Notes: generated by a model not told the origin, from the sequence alone. Shown: positions 1 through 14,731, counted from the first letter of the stretch. The stretch is 64,000 nt of DNA from Trichoplax adhaerens (GCF_000150275.1 NW_002060949.1:4512844-4576843), one strand, 5' to 3'. Numbers and translations are program-made.

Positions 1-1489
1 TAATGAGTGTACGACGAACATACGTACTCATTCCCATACAGTCGGGGCCTATAACTCTGATCAGGGCTAATGATTTTACTACTTTGAACAATTCTGAAGT
101 ACAATTTAAATTTAGTAGAAATCATTTGTACGTTGCATATGTCGAAAGAGTTGGGGATATTGTTGTTTAGGCGTACACTCAAAAAATGACTTTGGTATAC
201 ATACGGGGGATACGAAAATACTGTCGTATTTTATTCCAATTTTACTTGGGAAGACTAAAATGTTGGTTATACGCACATTATAATTTAGACTGGATGTATA
301 AATTTAAATCCTTATTGAAGCATATAAGGACGATATTAAAATATCCAGACTGGAAATTTTTACTTCTAAACAATACCAATTCATTTTAACAGGAACTGCT
401 CGCATATTACTTTTTTCTTTCCAAAAATGCTAACGTTGTACGATAGTTGTCTTACTGATTGGTAAAAATTTCGATGCATTCATTTAAAAATTGGAAATTT
501 TTCACAAAATGCTATTATAACTATAGTGGTTAACTTGAGTGAAATCGATAGTAAATGTGAAACTGCAATTGAGAGCCTACGCGTTAGTAACAGCATATTT
601 TTTTTTTTTTTTGAACATATCAAGATACATTTTATATACGCGTATATGGGTCATTTTGCGTTTAAAGCTCTACGCCACTACGCGATCTCAAGTAGGTCAT
701 GGTAGAGCATATAAATGTATAGATTGTCAAAAGGGCCACGAACCTCAGAGGCAACATGGTATAGAGTAGTAACGGTACTGTAAGGTAGTATGTACAACAA
801 AGAGGTATACCACCTATGGCATTGTTAGAAACATACCAAGAGCTCTGGTTTTTGGTTGGCAAGGATCTATTGTGAAATAAAATACGTACAGTAGAGTATT
901 GTACTGTTTCACAACGTTGCACCTGTTCTCCGCGGATCATATACCCTCAGTTAGCCAGCGACGGCTTATTCTAGTATCTTACTAGTACTTTCCAATTTCT
1001 AAAGTTAACCAATATACAGTTTTATGAATCAGCAATCTGTGATAAATAACAAATATACTACTAGGGCGTTCAAATTGAGTGATGATTAGTTGTGATTACG
1101 TCCCACAAGTTAACACGTCATTAAACCTTTAACGCGTACGTTTTTACAATAATGGTATGTACGAAAAAGATCGCACAAGCGCAAACGGTTGGATAGAGGC
1201 TTTATGTCAAATTGGAATCTGTATGGTAGTAGTTGAATGGTAAACTTCTAGGCAATGTTCTACTCGTTTTGGATAATGAATCACTGAAATTTATAATCGT
1301 ATATGCAGTACAGTAGAAATTTGACAGTGTGTATTTACTGTTAGCGACATAGCTCTTACATCTATTACTATGGTTAGCAACATTTATTTATGAATGTTTT
1401 TAACTTAATTGAAGCGATTTATTATAATTATAATAATAATCGTTCGTACGCAATTCCGATCAACTGACGGCAGTAGGCTGCTCTAAAAT

Positions 1490-4410
1490 GTACATGTACT
1501 GTATTGGATTATGCAGTGCTGAATACTCGTCAGTGCGCGTTGTTGCAGGCCTTCTGCTACATCTGTGCCGTACTGCATCTTGGAAAAGGCTCTTTTCAGA
1601 CGTCGAGTACTGTACTGAAGAAGCCCTAATCTTTGAGTGAACTGTATGGATAGAAATGGTTGTACTGTACTGTAGAGATAGCAATAAATTTCATTGATAC
1701 TTTTATTACAATATCTGATACGAAAGTAACATTGCTGTACTGTATTAACAAGATATACCATGCTGATTTATCTTGTCTCTCACAGAGTCTCCCAAGAGTC
1801 TCCCAACTTTTCATTAGATTGTTAAAATAGAAAAAGAAAGAAATGAAATGGCAATCTGCCTACCGCAGCTGTACATACAGTACAATGGCGGTGTACAGTA
1901 CTGGACTGTGGATACGGTATACTGTACTGTACAGTACAGGTGTTACAGCTCTGTCAACTTCTGTGACTTGTGCCCGAATAAAGCGCGACGTGACGGTATC
2001 GGTAGTGGTATCGTACCCAACAGACCGTACAGTACAGTATTTCATAAAACTGAGCAGTCTCAAATCTCGACTTCATTCATTGTGAAGGAAACTGTTGCAC
2101 GGTACGGTACGGGACAGTACGGTACAGTGCTGCTACTGCACAGTACATCTTGTACTGTACAGTACTGTGTACTGTACATTGAGTCGAGTTTCTCTTCTGA
2201 TAGTACTGTACTGTACTGTACCGTCTGTACGCTACAATCGTTAATGTGCGTACCGTCCGTGGGCACTGTTTGTACAATGTACATAGTTACCAAGGACGTG
2301 TGTCATTAAAAAGTCTTTTTATTGCTCACTGTCAGTGAAGAGTGAACACATTAAAATATATACGCTTTCATTTTTGATTAATATAATCGTACGTATAATC
2401 TATTGTACTGGGAATACAAGTCCTGAACCAAAATAAATATGGCTGATGGTTGGAAAATTAGAAAAAATATTATTACGGTAATGCTAATTAGAATATTGAA
2501 TGTTATCATTGAATAACTGACTTGAAACGATATCCAAATACCCATATTGTACTGTATTTTAGTCGATGTTGAACTAGATAGGCGTGCGTTACGGTTGTTA
2601 AGTAGGTATACAGTACACTGAGTACAGTAGAAGGGTGTAGAAGATTCGGATGTCGTCGCATAAATTTTCATAGACAAGAGTCTCTGTCAACTGTAAAGCA
2701 TGCATTTGTCATAGATCTTTGGATTTTGTAAAGCTGCTATCTACAATAGAAAAAGCGCCATATGATATTGCCTTATGACTGTCTTATCGTTCCGTTGATT
2801 TCTTTTACTTTTTACTTTTTTATTGTGCTGGATATTTTGGGATATTTTTACTATCCGGGGATTCAACAAACGTGGACTAGTAAGGTTGTACTGTACCATA
2901 CTGTACAGTACACTTATACAGTGTACTATACATACTACTGTACACTGTACACTGTACACTGTACAGGACAGTATTCTCACAGTGCTGTAGTAAAGAGAGA
3001 CACAATAGAAATTCTATAGTATTGCTGCTATTTTTGCGTCTACAAGTCAAAAGTGAAACGGCTTGATTTTTTTGTTGTTCAAGTTGGATACTTTTCCGAT
3101 ATTGTTTTAACTATAAGTACAGTATAAGAAAGCAGTGAACTCTACCGACTTGATGGAGATCGATGGATCCTTTTTTGTTATAAATGCTAGTCATAATTTT
3201 TAAATCCACCTTTAATTTTGAGAAGATACTGTACTTGTACGGGCTAATCGAAGGTTCTCCGACTTGACTGACTACAATATGCGTAAATGCTGCTCTGACA
3301 CTATCTTCATAGGCATTGTGTAGGGATGAATTAGACGCGTGCCGTACTGTACATTGTACAGTATACTACCGTAGCGATTGAACGCGAAGTATTCAATTTA
3401 CTACCATTTTATCATTCTCAAAATCTTTTGCCTTAGGCGGTCGTACAGTATGTATACCTTGATTTTCTCCAAAAGCAAATAGCTTCCAACGATAAACGTA
3501 TGATTGTAAAGCTTCTACTGGATAGTATAACTGCCATGTTGAATGTGATCGCGATTTGTACTTTTCACAGGCGTGCTATTGTACACTACTCGTATGGACG
3601 CGTACTACGCAGGAATAAACTGTTAATAATTATTGAAGATTTTGCTGATGGTGTGATGCAAATACTTCATAATTCTTTTATACACCCTAAAATAGGACAA
3701 CTGTTCTGCATTTTTATCTAGCCATAGGTTGCTGAATTTTGTCAGTACAATCATGATATGAGAATACCAATAGACTATACTGACTAAGAATTACCAATAC
3801 AGTACTGAAGATACATGACTAGTAATATAGTGCAATGCCTAAAAGATGCATCTTAGAGCAGCTAGGTTTCGTAATACCCATCGTAAAACCGCTACAATCA
3901 AGTTACAATTCACTCACATAACTTACAAACTAGTAGTATTTCCTTCTACTACTATACGACGTGATCCGATACATGGGATATCAAAATTTTTGCATCAATT
4001 TGTACAAAATGTATCGCAAATGCATGGTTTGAATATGTATTGGTCTTTGTTAAGCGTTTTACTTATAGTTTTTACTATTCAATCATATCGAAGAAAACGG
4101 ATCACATTGTACATAATACTGTACAGATACTGTACTAACTACTACACTGCCTACACAACATGCAATATTAAATTTGTATCAATATGTATATACCAACAAC
4201 GTACTGGAGATGTACTCTGCTTTAGAAATGAAATTTCGGACGACTACGTGTAGATTTTCACTTTTTATTGCCTTTTTCATCCAAGCTCCACCATTAAATA
4301 TCGCTAGCAATATATTCGTAAAAGTACTCGTATACTGTACTATCGTACAATACTGTATGCTATACCTGTATAGTACAGGTATACTCTTATATATAGTACT
4401 GTACATGTAC
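1490..4410. repeat. Dense cluster of TA-CAG/CTG/CAGTG/CACTG/CCG/CGG-TA units (putative stacked Tc1/mariner excision footprints)
   Basis: Examples: 1918-1938 tatactgtactgtacagtaca, 2101-2128 ggtacggtacgggacagtacggtacagt, 2936-2966 tactgtacactgtacactgtacactgtacag. These arrays produce the spurious YSTVQY/TVLYC ORFs in the track. Confidence 0.8.
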
Positions 4411-7244
4411 AATATATAGTTTACTTTATCCAAGTATCAAGAAATGACCCGTTTACCGGATAAGACTACGACTAGGAAATCCTTATATTTCTAGGATTTC
4501 TCTCACACACTAGTTTACGTGATAGACAGACACTTATGACATTTGTGGTTTTCTTTTTTGTCCAGTTTATAGCGTCATTACTTTTCTTCTTCTATGCTAA
4601 GGTAGTGTTACCAAGAAAATGATCTTACGATATCAAAGTTGATCGATGATTAATTAAAAAAAGACCAATAATTTTATTCGACTTCGGTGCTGAGTTATTT
4701 ACTTATCGTATGTAATTTTCAATCATCCTTTTAAGAGATGAGTATTTCGCAAAAGTTGAGCCTAAAAAAGGATTACCGATATACGTTTTTTTCACTGAAC
4801 AGCTGTCTGGACTGATGCCAACTTTATTTAATCAGAAGCAGTCGATTACTAAAACGGCGTAAAAACCGATGCATTTTATGTATTGCTTTGTGTCTAACGT
4901 AAATTGAAGGGTCAGAAAGAATTGATTCTAGCTAGTCTTTTTTCGATAATAATTGCACTGGTTGTAATTATAAGCAGTTATCTTATTTTATTGCAAATTC
5001 AATGTTATAAGATTGCCTGTCGCCTTTGGATTATGCTATTCTTTATCAATTTGAATATTAAAAAATATAATAACGCCAACTTTAATACGATAATTATAGA
5101 GGGAAATGTAGTATTAATAGTATTGTATATATCTACATTTTTAAAACATGCCTTGTCATCCGTCTTAGGAGAATAATGGTGCTGCACATTTTTTTATTTT
5201 AAACTCTCTTCAGTTTAAATGCCACGTTGACTCTTTAGTATCAAACAATAGACCGTATTACAGTATAATCGTTATATTCAAGAGAAACGTGATATATTTT
5301 TCTTAGACTGCTATGTGATGGAATCGCTTAAAATAGACATACACATAAGGTAGCAGTACAAGCTATTCGTATTATTTAACAAATATTAAGTTATGCCTTT
5401 TTTGCCATATTTTGTGGTTGTTGAATAATGATCAAGTTGTATAATATGGGTTGGATGCCCTATCGCAATATATACGGTATTTCCCTTGATATATTATATT
5501 ATATGTAGTATACGCATAAGATTTGCCTTTTTTGTCTTTCGCTTATAATTTATTACTTCCCACTCCTTCATCGTCAATTAATTCAAATTAATAGTAATTC
5601 AAGTGTGAAAAAGATCGCTGATTGGAAGATATCTCGAGGGAGAAAATGAAAGTAAAACGAGTGCCGATTGTCTCAATCTTTAAACAATTTAACTGTCGAG
5701 GTCTGCATATGAAGGAAGTTAATATAGAGGTGTAACGTAAACATCGAGTTTGTAGGGGAAAAGGATATACCCGTATTTAATATGACCTTATTTTATCGGA
5801 AAGGAGGGAGGATTTATTATATGGCATTGAAATAGTACAAATAGACGTTCTATTGGATGTTAAGCTCTACATACCAGCTGTTCGAACAAAATTGTCTAAT
5901 TGATTAGGCCTCTTACCACTATACAGTATATAACATGACAAATAAGATCTATTTTAGCAGATCTAGTGCTGCAGTTGTACCCTCTGACTTAAATGAAAAA
6001 GAGAAACGATATTCCCTTTGAGGGTAAAGATACTTTATCTTTTTCTTAATTGTAAACCTAGTCTACTTTAGGCTATTAAACAGTTATTACTAACTGGCCA
6101 TTAAAATGAGCGGACATTAATAACTAGTTAAGTCAGGAGTTCATTTTTAACTTGAATTTTTACTCGTCGTCTTCTCTGTGATGGGTCCTTCTCTCACAGT
6201 TGTATGGCATTGTTCGGACTAAAATTTTTATACGGTACGGAAATCATTGAATGAATGATAAAAGTACCTATTTTCTGATAATATTATGATTGTTGTGCGA
6301 TCAAAGATCAAAATTTATTCCAGTCAAATCACTCTTGTAAGAGGAATTTTTTCGATCGTTAGTTGGGTTGATTTAATTATATGTGCAAAGAGGAATTAAT
6401 ATGTCATTTTTCTTATCCAAGGACTTTAAATTGATATAATTGTAGATTGTAATCTTGATATAATATTATCCTGATGGGAAATCTGTTGGTCTTAGAAGTG
6501 ATTGATGAAGCTGTAAGTGCGTATCTGATAAAGTATCACGAAGCGAGTAATGTAGCATTAAAAATAGCTTTGATGAGGCAAAGGTTTAATTTTTGATAGT
6601 AGATTCTCTAAGAGTCCGTATAATCAGGTATCCACCGGGTGTGTACATATATGTTATAAAGAACTACGTACTTGGAGATATGCTAGAGAATTTTCTACTG
6701 ACAATGATAATTCCACACCATTTTTATCTGTTGACCTCTTTTTCTTGACTTATTCATTTCGACATTTTATGAATATCGAAATACCTGCTTATGTATTTGT
6801 ACATTTGTATTCGTATGTATGTTTAGTTATTAGATCGGTTTAATTATGAATTTTTTTACTTATCGATTCTTCTCGATACCATTTTTCGACTTTTTAAACA
6901 ATCCAGATTAGAGAAGATGTAAAAAGATGATAAAAATTTATTATTTCTATGTCATACAGATTTAAATTAAAAGCACCGTATGAGAAAGTAAACAATGCTG
7001 ACGATATTAGGCCAAGAATACGTATACAAATGTTATGCGCCTAGACATTGACAAACAATTTCATTGTCTATCTTTCACTCTCTTACATGGTAGTAGAGAT
7101 ACTGCAGACACTGACATTAATCAAATCGTATATAAAGCAATACCAAAAAAGAATTGCTTTTAGCATTCAGATTCAGATTTGTGTATATAATATGGGATAA
7201 TGCACTATACATATACTTTTAAAGCACAACTAATATTGCATTAT

Positions 7245-7325
7245 ACTACAGTATATATAGGCGGTTTATCGAAACTGTGTACAGTACGTAGTATACAGCA
7301 CTGTAGCATGAACTACAGTACAGTT
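7245..7325. repeat. Small TACAGTA/TACTGTA cluster
   Basis: tactacagta, gtacagtacgta and actacagtacag within 80 bp. Confidence 0.6.
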
Positions 7326-7355
7326 GATGAATATTAAAAAAATAAACGAAAATGT

Positions 7356-7369
7356 GTTGCCAAGGCAAT
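7356..7369. promoter_or_regulatory. RFX X-box-like site
   Basis: GTTGCCAAGGCAAT, close to the palindromic X-box GTTGCCATGGCAAC. Confidence 0.4.
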
Positions 7370-9854
7370 CGAAAATACCAATACAATAACACTCCATATC
7401 TTCGATTTTAGTAGGGAAAGGAGTGCTTTACAATATTCTCTTGTAATCATTTTTATTGTATTTCAAGTACAGTATAGGAGAAAAAGGTCTACAGAATTTT
7501 TCTTACTTTTTCTCTCTCGATCGTCGCTTTATAGTATTATCTATCAGTTTATTAGTGACATATTTTATGATCGGCTAACTTACTAGTTGTTGAATTAAAT
7601 TGGAGGTTATGGATATCAACAAATTTTATTTTTTTATTATCTCCCATTTCATCCATCATCAAGATAGAAACTGATTAAAAAATATACCAAGTCCTCACTG
7701 ACCTTTTTATCTTGGCATGGTCCTAAGTCATTCAACCATTTCGTTTGACAACGGTAAAAATTTTTTGCAATATTATCTTAAACACTACCAATACTGTAAC
7801 TAAGTAGGTAAAATTAGGCCACCACATTGAATATTTTTCGAAACCGTAAAGAAGTTTATCCCATTTTTGGAAATTCTTGAGTTTTTTGTGCTAGATTTTG
7901 GTATATTGTTCTTGTAGTGTGCCTTTTGTCAAATTTTATTTTATACGTGTTTTTTTTCCTTTTAGCTATTTTCTTTAAAAAAAATTTGATGATAAGAAAA
8001 ACAAAAAATTAACGTCGATACGACCAAGGCAAATATAAATTCATTTTCTGCCATGTAAAAGGAGCAGAAAGTGTATGCTTTGCATCCCTTAGTCCTGTTA
8101 AATTTTATATATTTTTACATTACAATCCTACGGCTATGATTTTACTTTAGCTGGCTTTTTCTTTCGTTTCTAACACATAAATACTGCTATTTATTCATTT
8201 CGCCTTATCCTTGCTGCAATTATTAGAATAGTTCTTTACGATCACGAATGAAATTCGTTCAATTTTACTAGAATTTCAGAAATGTGCTATACGTATTCTA
8301 TTTTTCTCTTTCATCATTACTCCTTACAGCTATTTCTTACTGTATTGCTATTCATATTTGACATCATTTTTCGTTATTGTTGTGCAGTCTAGGATAGTAG
8401 CAAAAGTATTTTAATTTTTTATTAGATAAAGATCTCAAGAAACATTTTATATTCCATTAATATCTTTAAGCGTATTTCAATCGATATCGATCTAAAAACG
8501 ATGACGATAATCGACAATCATAACGATGATAATTTACTATTCGTGATTAATTTCTTTATTATCCATAAATTTAATGTTTAGCGTTAACTTTTACTAACTT
8601 ATATATTCTCTTAATCCTTGTTAAAAAAAAGAAAAAATAACGGCACAATTAAGTCTATTAATGATAAAAAACAATGACGTTTTTAAATTATCAAATTAGA
8701 TAACACGAATATTATTTTTTGACATTAATGTTCGATCGGTTTAAAAGGAAAGATATTCATATGAGATTCAACCGAATCGAAAGGACTGTTTAATATTTAT
8801 ACGGACAATTATTGAATCACCTAAATAAGAAATATTTGCCTGCATTGCCAATGTATTGTTAGTCATTTTTCAGTAATTATCATGTTTTTTTATGTCAATT
8901 CGACTTATTACCGCTTGTCTTATTACTTTACGTATTTATGTAGAATTTATAACAAAAAACAGGCACGTTAATATTTTAAGATATTGCTATTGACTTAGAT
9001 AAAAATGTTACGTATAGATGAGTATTCCCTCTGTAAGGAAAAGGGCAGTTATTTATGTGTGTATATGTAATATATATCAAAATTTCTTGATATTCCGCTG
9101 AAAAAGAATTGCGGATAATATTATTAATTTCGGCTATGAACGTATTAACATTGATTATATAGTTAACTTAGCCAGTCGTAGACTTAACAACACAATCATA
9201 ATTGACATTTTTTTACATCTTGTTTTATCATGATCTTCCTCACAACAAGTTAAATAGAACATTGATGTTATTATAAAAAAATTAATCTTAAGGAAAGTGG
9301 GTGTAATAGCACTTCGAATCAGACATTTCGTCATAATTTTTGACTGATTTATGAAATGCAGTACCTGTAATTGTAATTTTCTTGATATCGTAAATTAAGT
9401 TATATCGATTAGACATTCAGTTCTGTGCTGTAGTAGAGAATTAATAGAGCTAATTTCGAATTTGTGATGGTAAGTTATACGATAAATGAATAAAACTTAA
9501 GGTGATTTTCTTTTAAGATATGATATGTACCGTGCTGTAGCTCATAAGTATTTCAATCAAAAATTAAATAGGCATGTTTAAATGTCACGTAAAAATTTTA
9601 TTTCTTATGCTGTTATGATTTAAAAGATCTGTAGCTCTATATTGCGATATTAACGTTCGCTTATTATTCATTTAAATTAAGCTTTCTTGTTCTTGAATAA
9701 GCTTACGATGTAAAATTTTTAAATTTTATTATAAGTTCCTTTAGGAGATTGACTAATCGTTAAACTTTATTTTTTATCCTTATGTGATCCAACTTTGTCG
9801 GCGTTGCTTATGGATTGGCATAAAATAGTAAATTATCTCCTACTTCATTTTACT

Positions 9855-12800
9855 ATGTCAGTTGTTACTGCACCGGGTGGAGATGGGCATAATAGCCCGA
9901 AAGTGAAACGATGCAATAATTTTTTATGCTGCTGTGTAGTGTAAGTAATCAATATTTATATGAAATCATATAATCTTACAAATTATCATTTCAGCGGTTG
10001 TACTCTTTGTATAGAACTTCTGTGAATTATCATGCTAGATTAGCCTTGATTATCATGTCGGAATAGATTAGATTTTAAACAAACAATTTCAGAAAGACAG
10101 TTTTCTTAAAAGTAGAAGCAAGTAAAATATGCATTACGCTGTGACAAATATAGAGATGACACTTTGCAATTCAGTACGATTTTGTTTTATAGCACAACGC
10201 GTAAGCTCTTAGAACTCCAACAAAAATTTTAATATTAACTTCCTTTCTTTTAACTTTCCATTGCTGTCTTTTTATAGGACTAGTAGAGTAGCAATTGCAT
10301 TTGCATGATGGTATAATTAAAATGATCTTTCTAACCAAAAAATTTTATCTATAACTGAATTAATGATATAACAACATTACATTCCCAAAGTCCTTTTTAT
10401 CTATTCTTATGATGAAGTTTACTTTCTTAAAATCAACTTTTGGTATCTAATAGGTATATAATTTGAAATTTATATGAGATTGCCATATAGCTTACGAAAG
10501 GAGTCAATTAGTTATTATATAAGATAATCTAGTAGGCTATGATAGATAAATAGAGAATGATAGTATTAAGATTAGATAGCAGCTTTACTGTATGAATAGA
10601 CAATATTTTAGATGTTATAATCGTAATTCTAATACTTGATTACTTTATAATATCAGATTCTTAACTACTAGATGGGTAGAGATGAGATTACTTATCGATT
10701 TTTTCTAGGACGTTATAATGTATTCGATCGTATATATAATTATTGACAGAAAGGGCGATTGAATCACTTCTTTGACGATTCTGGAGCTATGTTCATACGC
10801 TACGTTATTATAAAAGTTTCTTAGTTCACTTTCTATTAAATATAGTTAAACCCTTTCGTTGTCCCATATCTTTTAGAAAAGGCAAATTATACAAGCTTTT
10901 ATATTTTTATTCGAACTTCCAGCCGTTACCAAGGCAACCTGTCGTACATTTATCGATTTTCAAATCACAATATTAATTGATGCTACATTATGATGTGATA
11001 TCTGTTAATTACTATAAAACTTATATTTAATTTTCTTGCCTATTTAGTACTCATAACTATAAAATGTAGTTGTTATAAATAGTTAACGTTACCCTATTTT
11101 GCCGTCTATGCACAATAAAATTTAATACAAGCAATTTACATAACTAATTCATAGTTAACAATAAAAGACACCTATCTTTTAGTAGGGATTGTAGTGTATG
11201 AGTTTACTCGTGTTACTTCAGATTACTCCCCTGCCAGTTATATTTTCGTATCTATTGCTAAATTAATTACCATGTCGTTTAATTATTGCTTTTAAAATCT
11301 ATCATTCTGACATTCATGTACGTACTAACGAAGTACTTTTATATTTCATTAGTGATACATATCAAGTAATGTATTGAATACTTCGATTAGATATTTGCTC
11401 TAATAAGATGAAGGATAGTAGGATACATACCAATTAAAAAAATCTCTATTCAGCTAGCAATTACAATATATGTGCAACAATATTAGACTTATCGTCAGTC
11501 TTAAAATACTTCATGTATTAGTAATAGTAACGATTATTTAACAGGATTCATTGTAATTAATAGTAAATAAATTTTACTTCATAGATCTTGTTACTTTTGA
11601 CTTATAAAATATTTAAATTGTTTTCTTTACGGATGTTTTGATAGCTCTGATGATCCTACTCCCACACCACCTTCTCCAATTCCAGAAGTACCTAGGTAAA
11701 GAATGTTTATTTGCTGCGTGTGTATCATATATTACAAATATATTATAGATTTGGCTAACCCTGCAATCAATATTTCAGTTAATATGGGGTGGCATAAAGT
11801 AAAGAGTTAGAGCTTTTGATAAGATTCTCAAAATATATAGTAATGTTGAATGGACGTGAATGGTCACCGTTGATTAGAGTAGAAGTGCTAGAATCACCAA
11901 ATTTCATATAATTGAGAATATTTCACCGCTAGTACTTGTTACTAGCAACAGTAATGACTCTTTTCAAATCTTGTTATTATCAGACCTACTCCTCTTGACG
12001 TAGAAAGCTGGAAAATATCATTTGATAGGTTGTTACATTGTGCAGGTAAGACAATGATAAGCATTAAGTGAATCTGTTATTTAGAAGTACTTTATGATAT
12101 TTTTGCTCACAATCGATTAAAATGTACTAAAGAAAATGTCCTTTTCAAAATTTCTAATTCTACCATTAATTTGATAGCATCAGGCAGTTTATCTACTTTT
12201 ACCACAAATATGTCAAATAAGATCAAGTTAATAATAAAAATGTATTATCGTTCTTTTTTCATACAGCTGGAATAAAGCATTTTCAAGAATTTTTAAAATC
12301 TGAATATAGTGAAGAAAATCTGTTGTTTTGGCTGGCCTGTGAAGATCTTAAAGAGGCATCAGAAAATGATATACACTATAAGACTAAAATAATTTATGAT
12401 AAATTTATTTCAACATCTTCACCAAGCGAGGTAAATTGAGTGTACTTGTACTAATTATTTCTCAATTTATTTAGTGAGATACGATTAAGATGAGCTTTAG
12501 GATTTTTTTGATTAAAACTACACTTGTATTTTACCTCAATTTAATATAACCATTGATATAAATGCACGTACTCTTAGTTCACTACCCAAGAGATTGCATA
12601 ATGATTTATAGCTTGCTAGAGCATATATTGAAGTTAGACATATTGACCTAATAAGTAGAGGCATTCAATCTTATTTCATTATTTGGTGCGATATAGGTAA
12701 GCTTAGATGGTCGTATGAGAGATGAAGTAATTAAGAATTTAATAGAGCCTGACAAGAATATCTATGATGAAGCACAGAGACATGTATATATGCTAATGAG

Positions 12801-12858
12801 ATACGATTGCTATCCAAGATTTATGAAGTACATTACTCAAAAATTCATCAAAGCATAA
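9855..12858 (+). CDS. Regulator of G-protein signalling, RZ/A subfamily (RGS17/19/20-like), ~174 aa, 5 exons
   Basis: Phase-consistent exons 9855-9940, 11645-11695, 11984-12045, 12267-12430, 12697-12858. N-terminal cysteine string RCNNFLCCC; RGS box SWKISFDRLL...FQEFLKSEYSEENLLFWLACEDLK...IYDKFI...EVSLD...YDEAQRHVYMLMRYDCYPRF. The start may lie further upstream (possible acceptor at 9861). Confidence 0.92.
10925..10938. promoter_or_regulatory. RFX X-box-like site in RGS intron
   Basis: GTTACCAAGGCAAC fits GTNRCC-N2-RGYAAC. Confidence 0.5.
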
Positions 12859-14523
12859 ATACAATAACTCTAATTAAAATTTTCCAAAGATTGACGAAGG
12901 TAACCTATGCTCACCAGATTTACAAGCGATTAACAAATTTTTAAGATAATATAGCAATCCAGAAGGACAATAACAAGGATAATAATAATAAGAAATTACT
13001 ATACCGAATAAAAGCGATGCTAAATATCCCGTTGCTGTTGAGTGTTATGAAAATTATATCCGGCTTTTTATCACGGTCTATCATTTTAGTTATTAAATCA
13101 AGGAAGAAATCTGCGTTTATAGAAGAAAATTAAGTTCTATGCGTAATATGATTAAGTTAACTTAATTATTCAGTTTTTGCACCTAGTTTAATTTAATAGC
13201 TGTTGATCCAAAATAGTATATATATACATATATATGTACATATTGAAAGTATGAAATAACAAGCTTGCACTAAAGTCTTCGAATTACGGTGATTGTATCA
13301 AGCAGCAATTATATTATTGAGATGCGATGAATGATTTTGAATTTAGTAGTTTGATTCTATTGATAAAACCTATCTCATTTCTTATTCTAAATCGCGTAAT
13401 TTAAACGTTATTCTTAGTTATAATAGTACCGCACTGCGTAAACTTGGTTAATAATATGTTGTAAGAGCGTTCGCTTTCTAAAGGGCGATCATAAAGGTCT
13501 TTCATTTGTATTTTTATCACTTATTACTTGCTCATAATAACGAATCTTACAGATCTTCTACTAAATGTAATATAACTAAAATTATCTGGTTATGATCCAC
13601 GAGCGCCAGTATGTGCTTATGTGCGCGTATATTGGTTATCTATAGACTTAATGTTTTATGCGCGTTATGTGATAGTCTTTTAAGTTTATGGTGTTATCTA
13701 TGAAGATTTGTACAGTACGATTAGATGAATGTGTTACTATTTTGCATTCTTCCAAAACACAGTATTTGCTTGATTCGTTTATAATGTACTGTATGGTTTG
13801 TGCTACTTTTAAAATTGCTGTATTATAATAATATCAGATAGTGTGATCATAACTAAAGAGTTAATCCGTAATAATAGTATGATATACAATATAATGAGAA
13901 ATAGATATGTATTTACTGTACAAAAATCTCTGTAGATTTGTATTGCGATGTTATTACAAATGCGTACCGCATATGAATATATATGTATATATGTATAGAT
14001 GATATATACGTTCTCTCTATATACAGTATAAACACATATACACTTATACATATTTATAATTATCGGTATCATTCAAATAAGATAGAGTTTCATGTTGTAG
14101 ACAGCACCGAGGTTACAATTTACGTAAGAGTATGAACATGTTTTTATTATATCCTTAAAGATGTAATAATATTATCTAATAGTATAAAGAAAAGCTTTAG
14201 TGTACAGTATAAACATTCAATGGTTTGCGAATAACAAAGAAATATCAAACAGCAACAGTTTTAGTATATTAAAAAATTTTGACTTTCGATTAACTTATAC
14301 TTGTATGCTATGACAAAAATGTTATGTTAGATCTTGGATACTGAAATTAATGATATAATACTATCCAACTATTTGAATTATAATTTACACAGTTCATGTG
14401 CTATATAGAAGAAAAGAAATTAACCTGTTTTTTGTTTTTGTTTGATTACTTGCTCACATCACCTGTTATTGTGTGTTTACATGCATAAGTATGCGCCGTA
14501 TATTACATGTAAAATATGCGTAC

Positions 14524-14544
14524 ATATATATATATATATATATA
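14524..14544. repeat. (AT)n microsatellite
   Basis: Pure AT dinucleotide run. Confidence 0.9.
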
Positions 14545-14711
14545 GATATAGGAATTGTAAGATTCAAGTAATAATATTACAACCACATCAACTAATATTT
14601 GAATGACTCACTTTGAGTACATTGTTGTACCACCTAATTTTGTTGTCGTTGTCTTTTAAACTATATTCTTTGTTCCCCTCGCGCAAAAATCGGTTTTGAA
14701 CTAATATTATA

Positions 14712-14731
14712 ACACACAGACACACACACAC
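14712..14731. repeat. (AC)n microsatellite, imperfect
   Basis: acacacagacacacacacac. Confidence 0.8.

Noticed and set aside
539-769. ORF ending in CIDC...H (possible zinc-binding terminal exon)
   Set aside because: No recognisable family and no linkable upstream exons within the window.
1460-4433. Many overlapping ORFs rich in YSTVQY/TVLYC
   Set aside because: Translation artefacts of TACAG/TACTG arrays; no protein-family motifs or splice-consistent structure.
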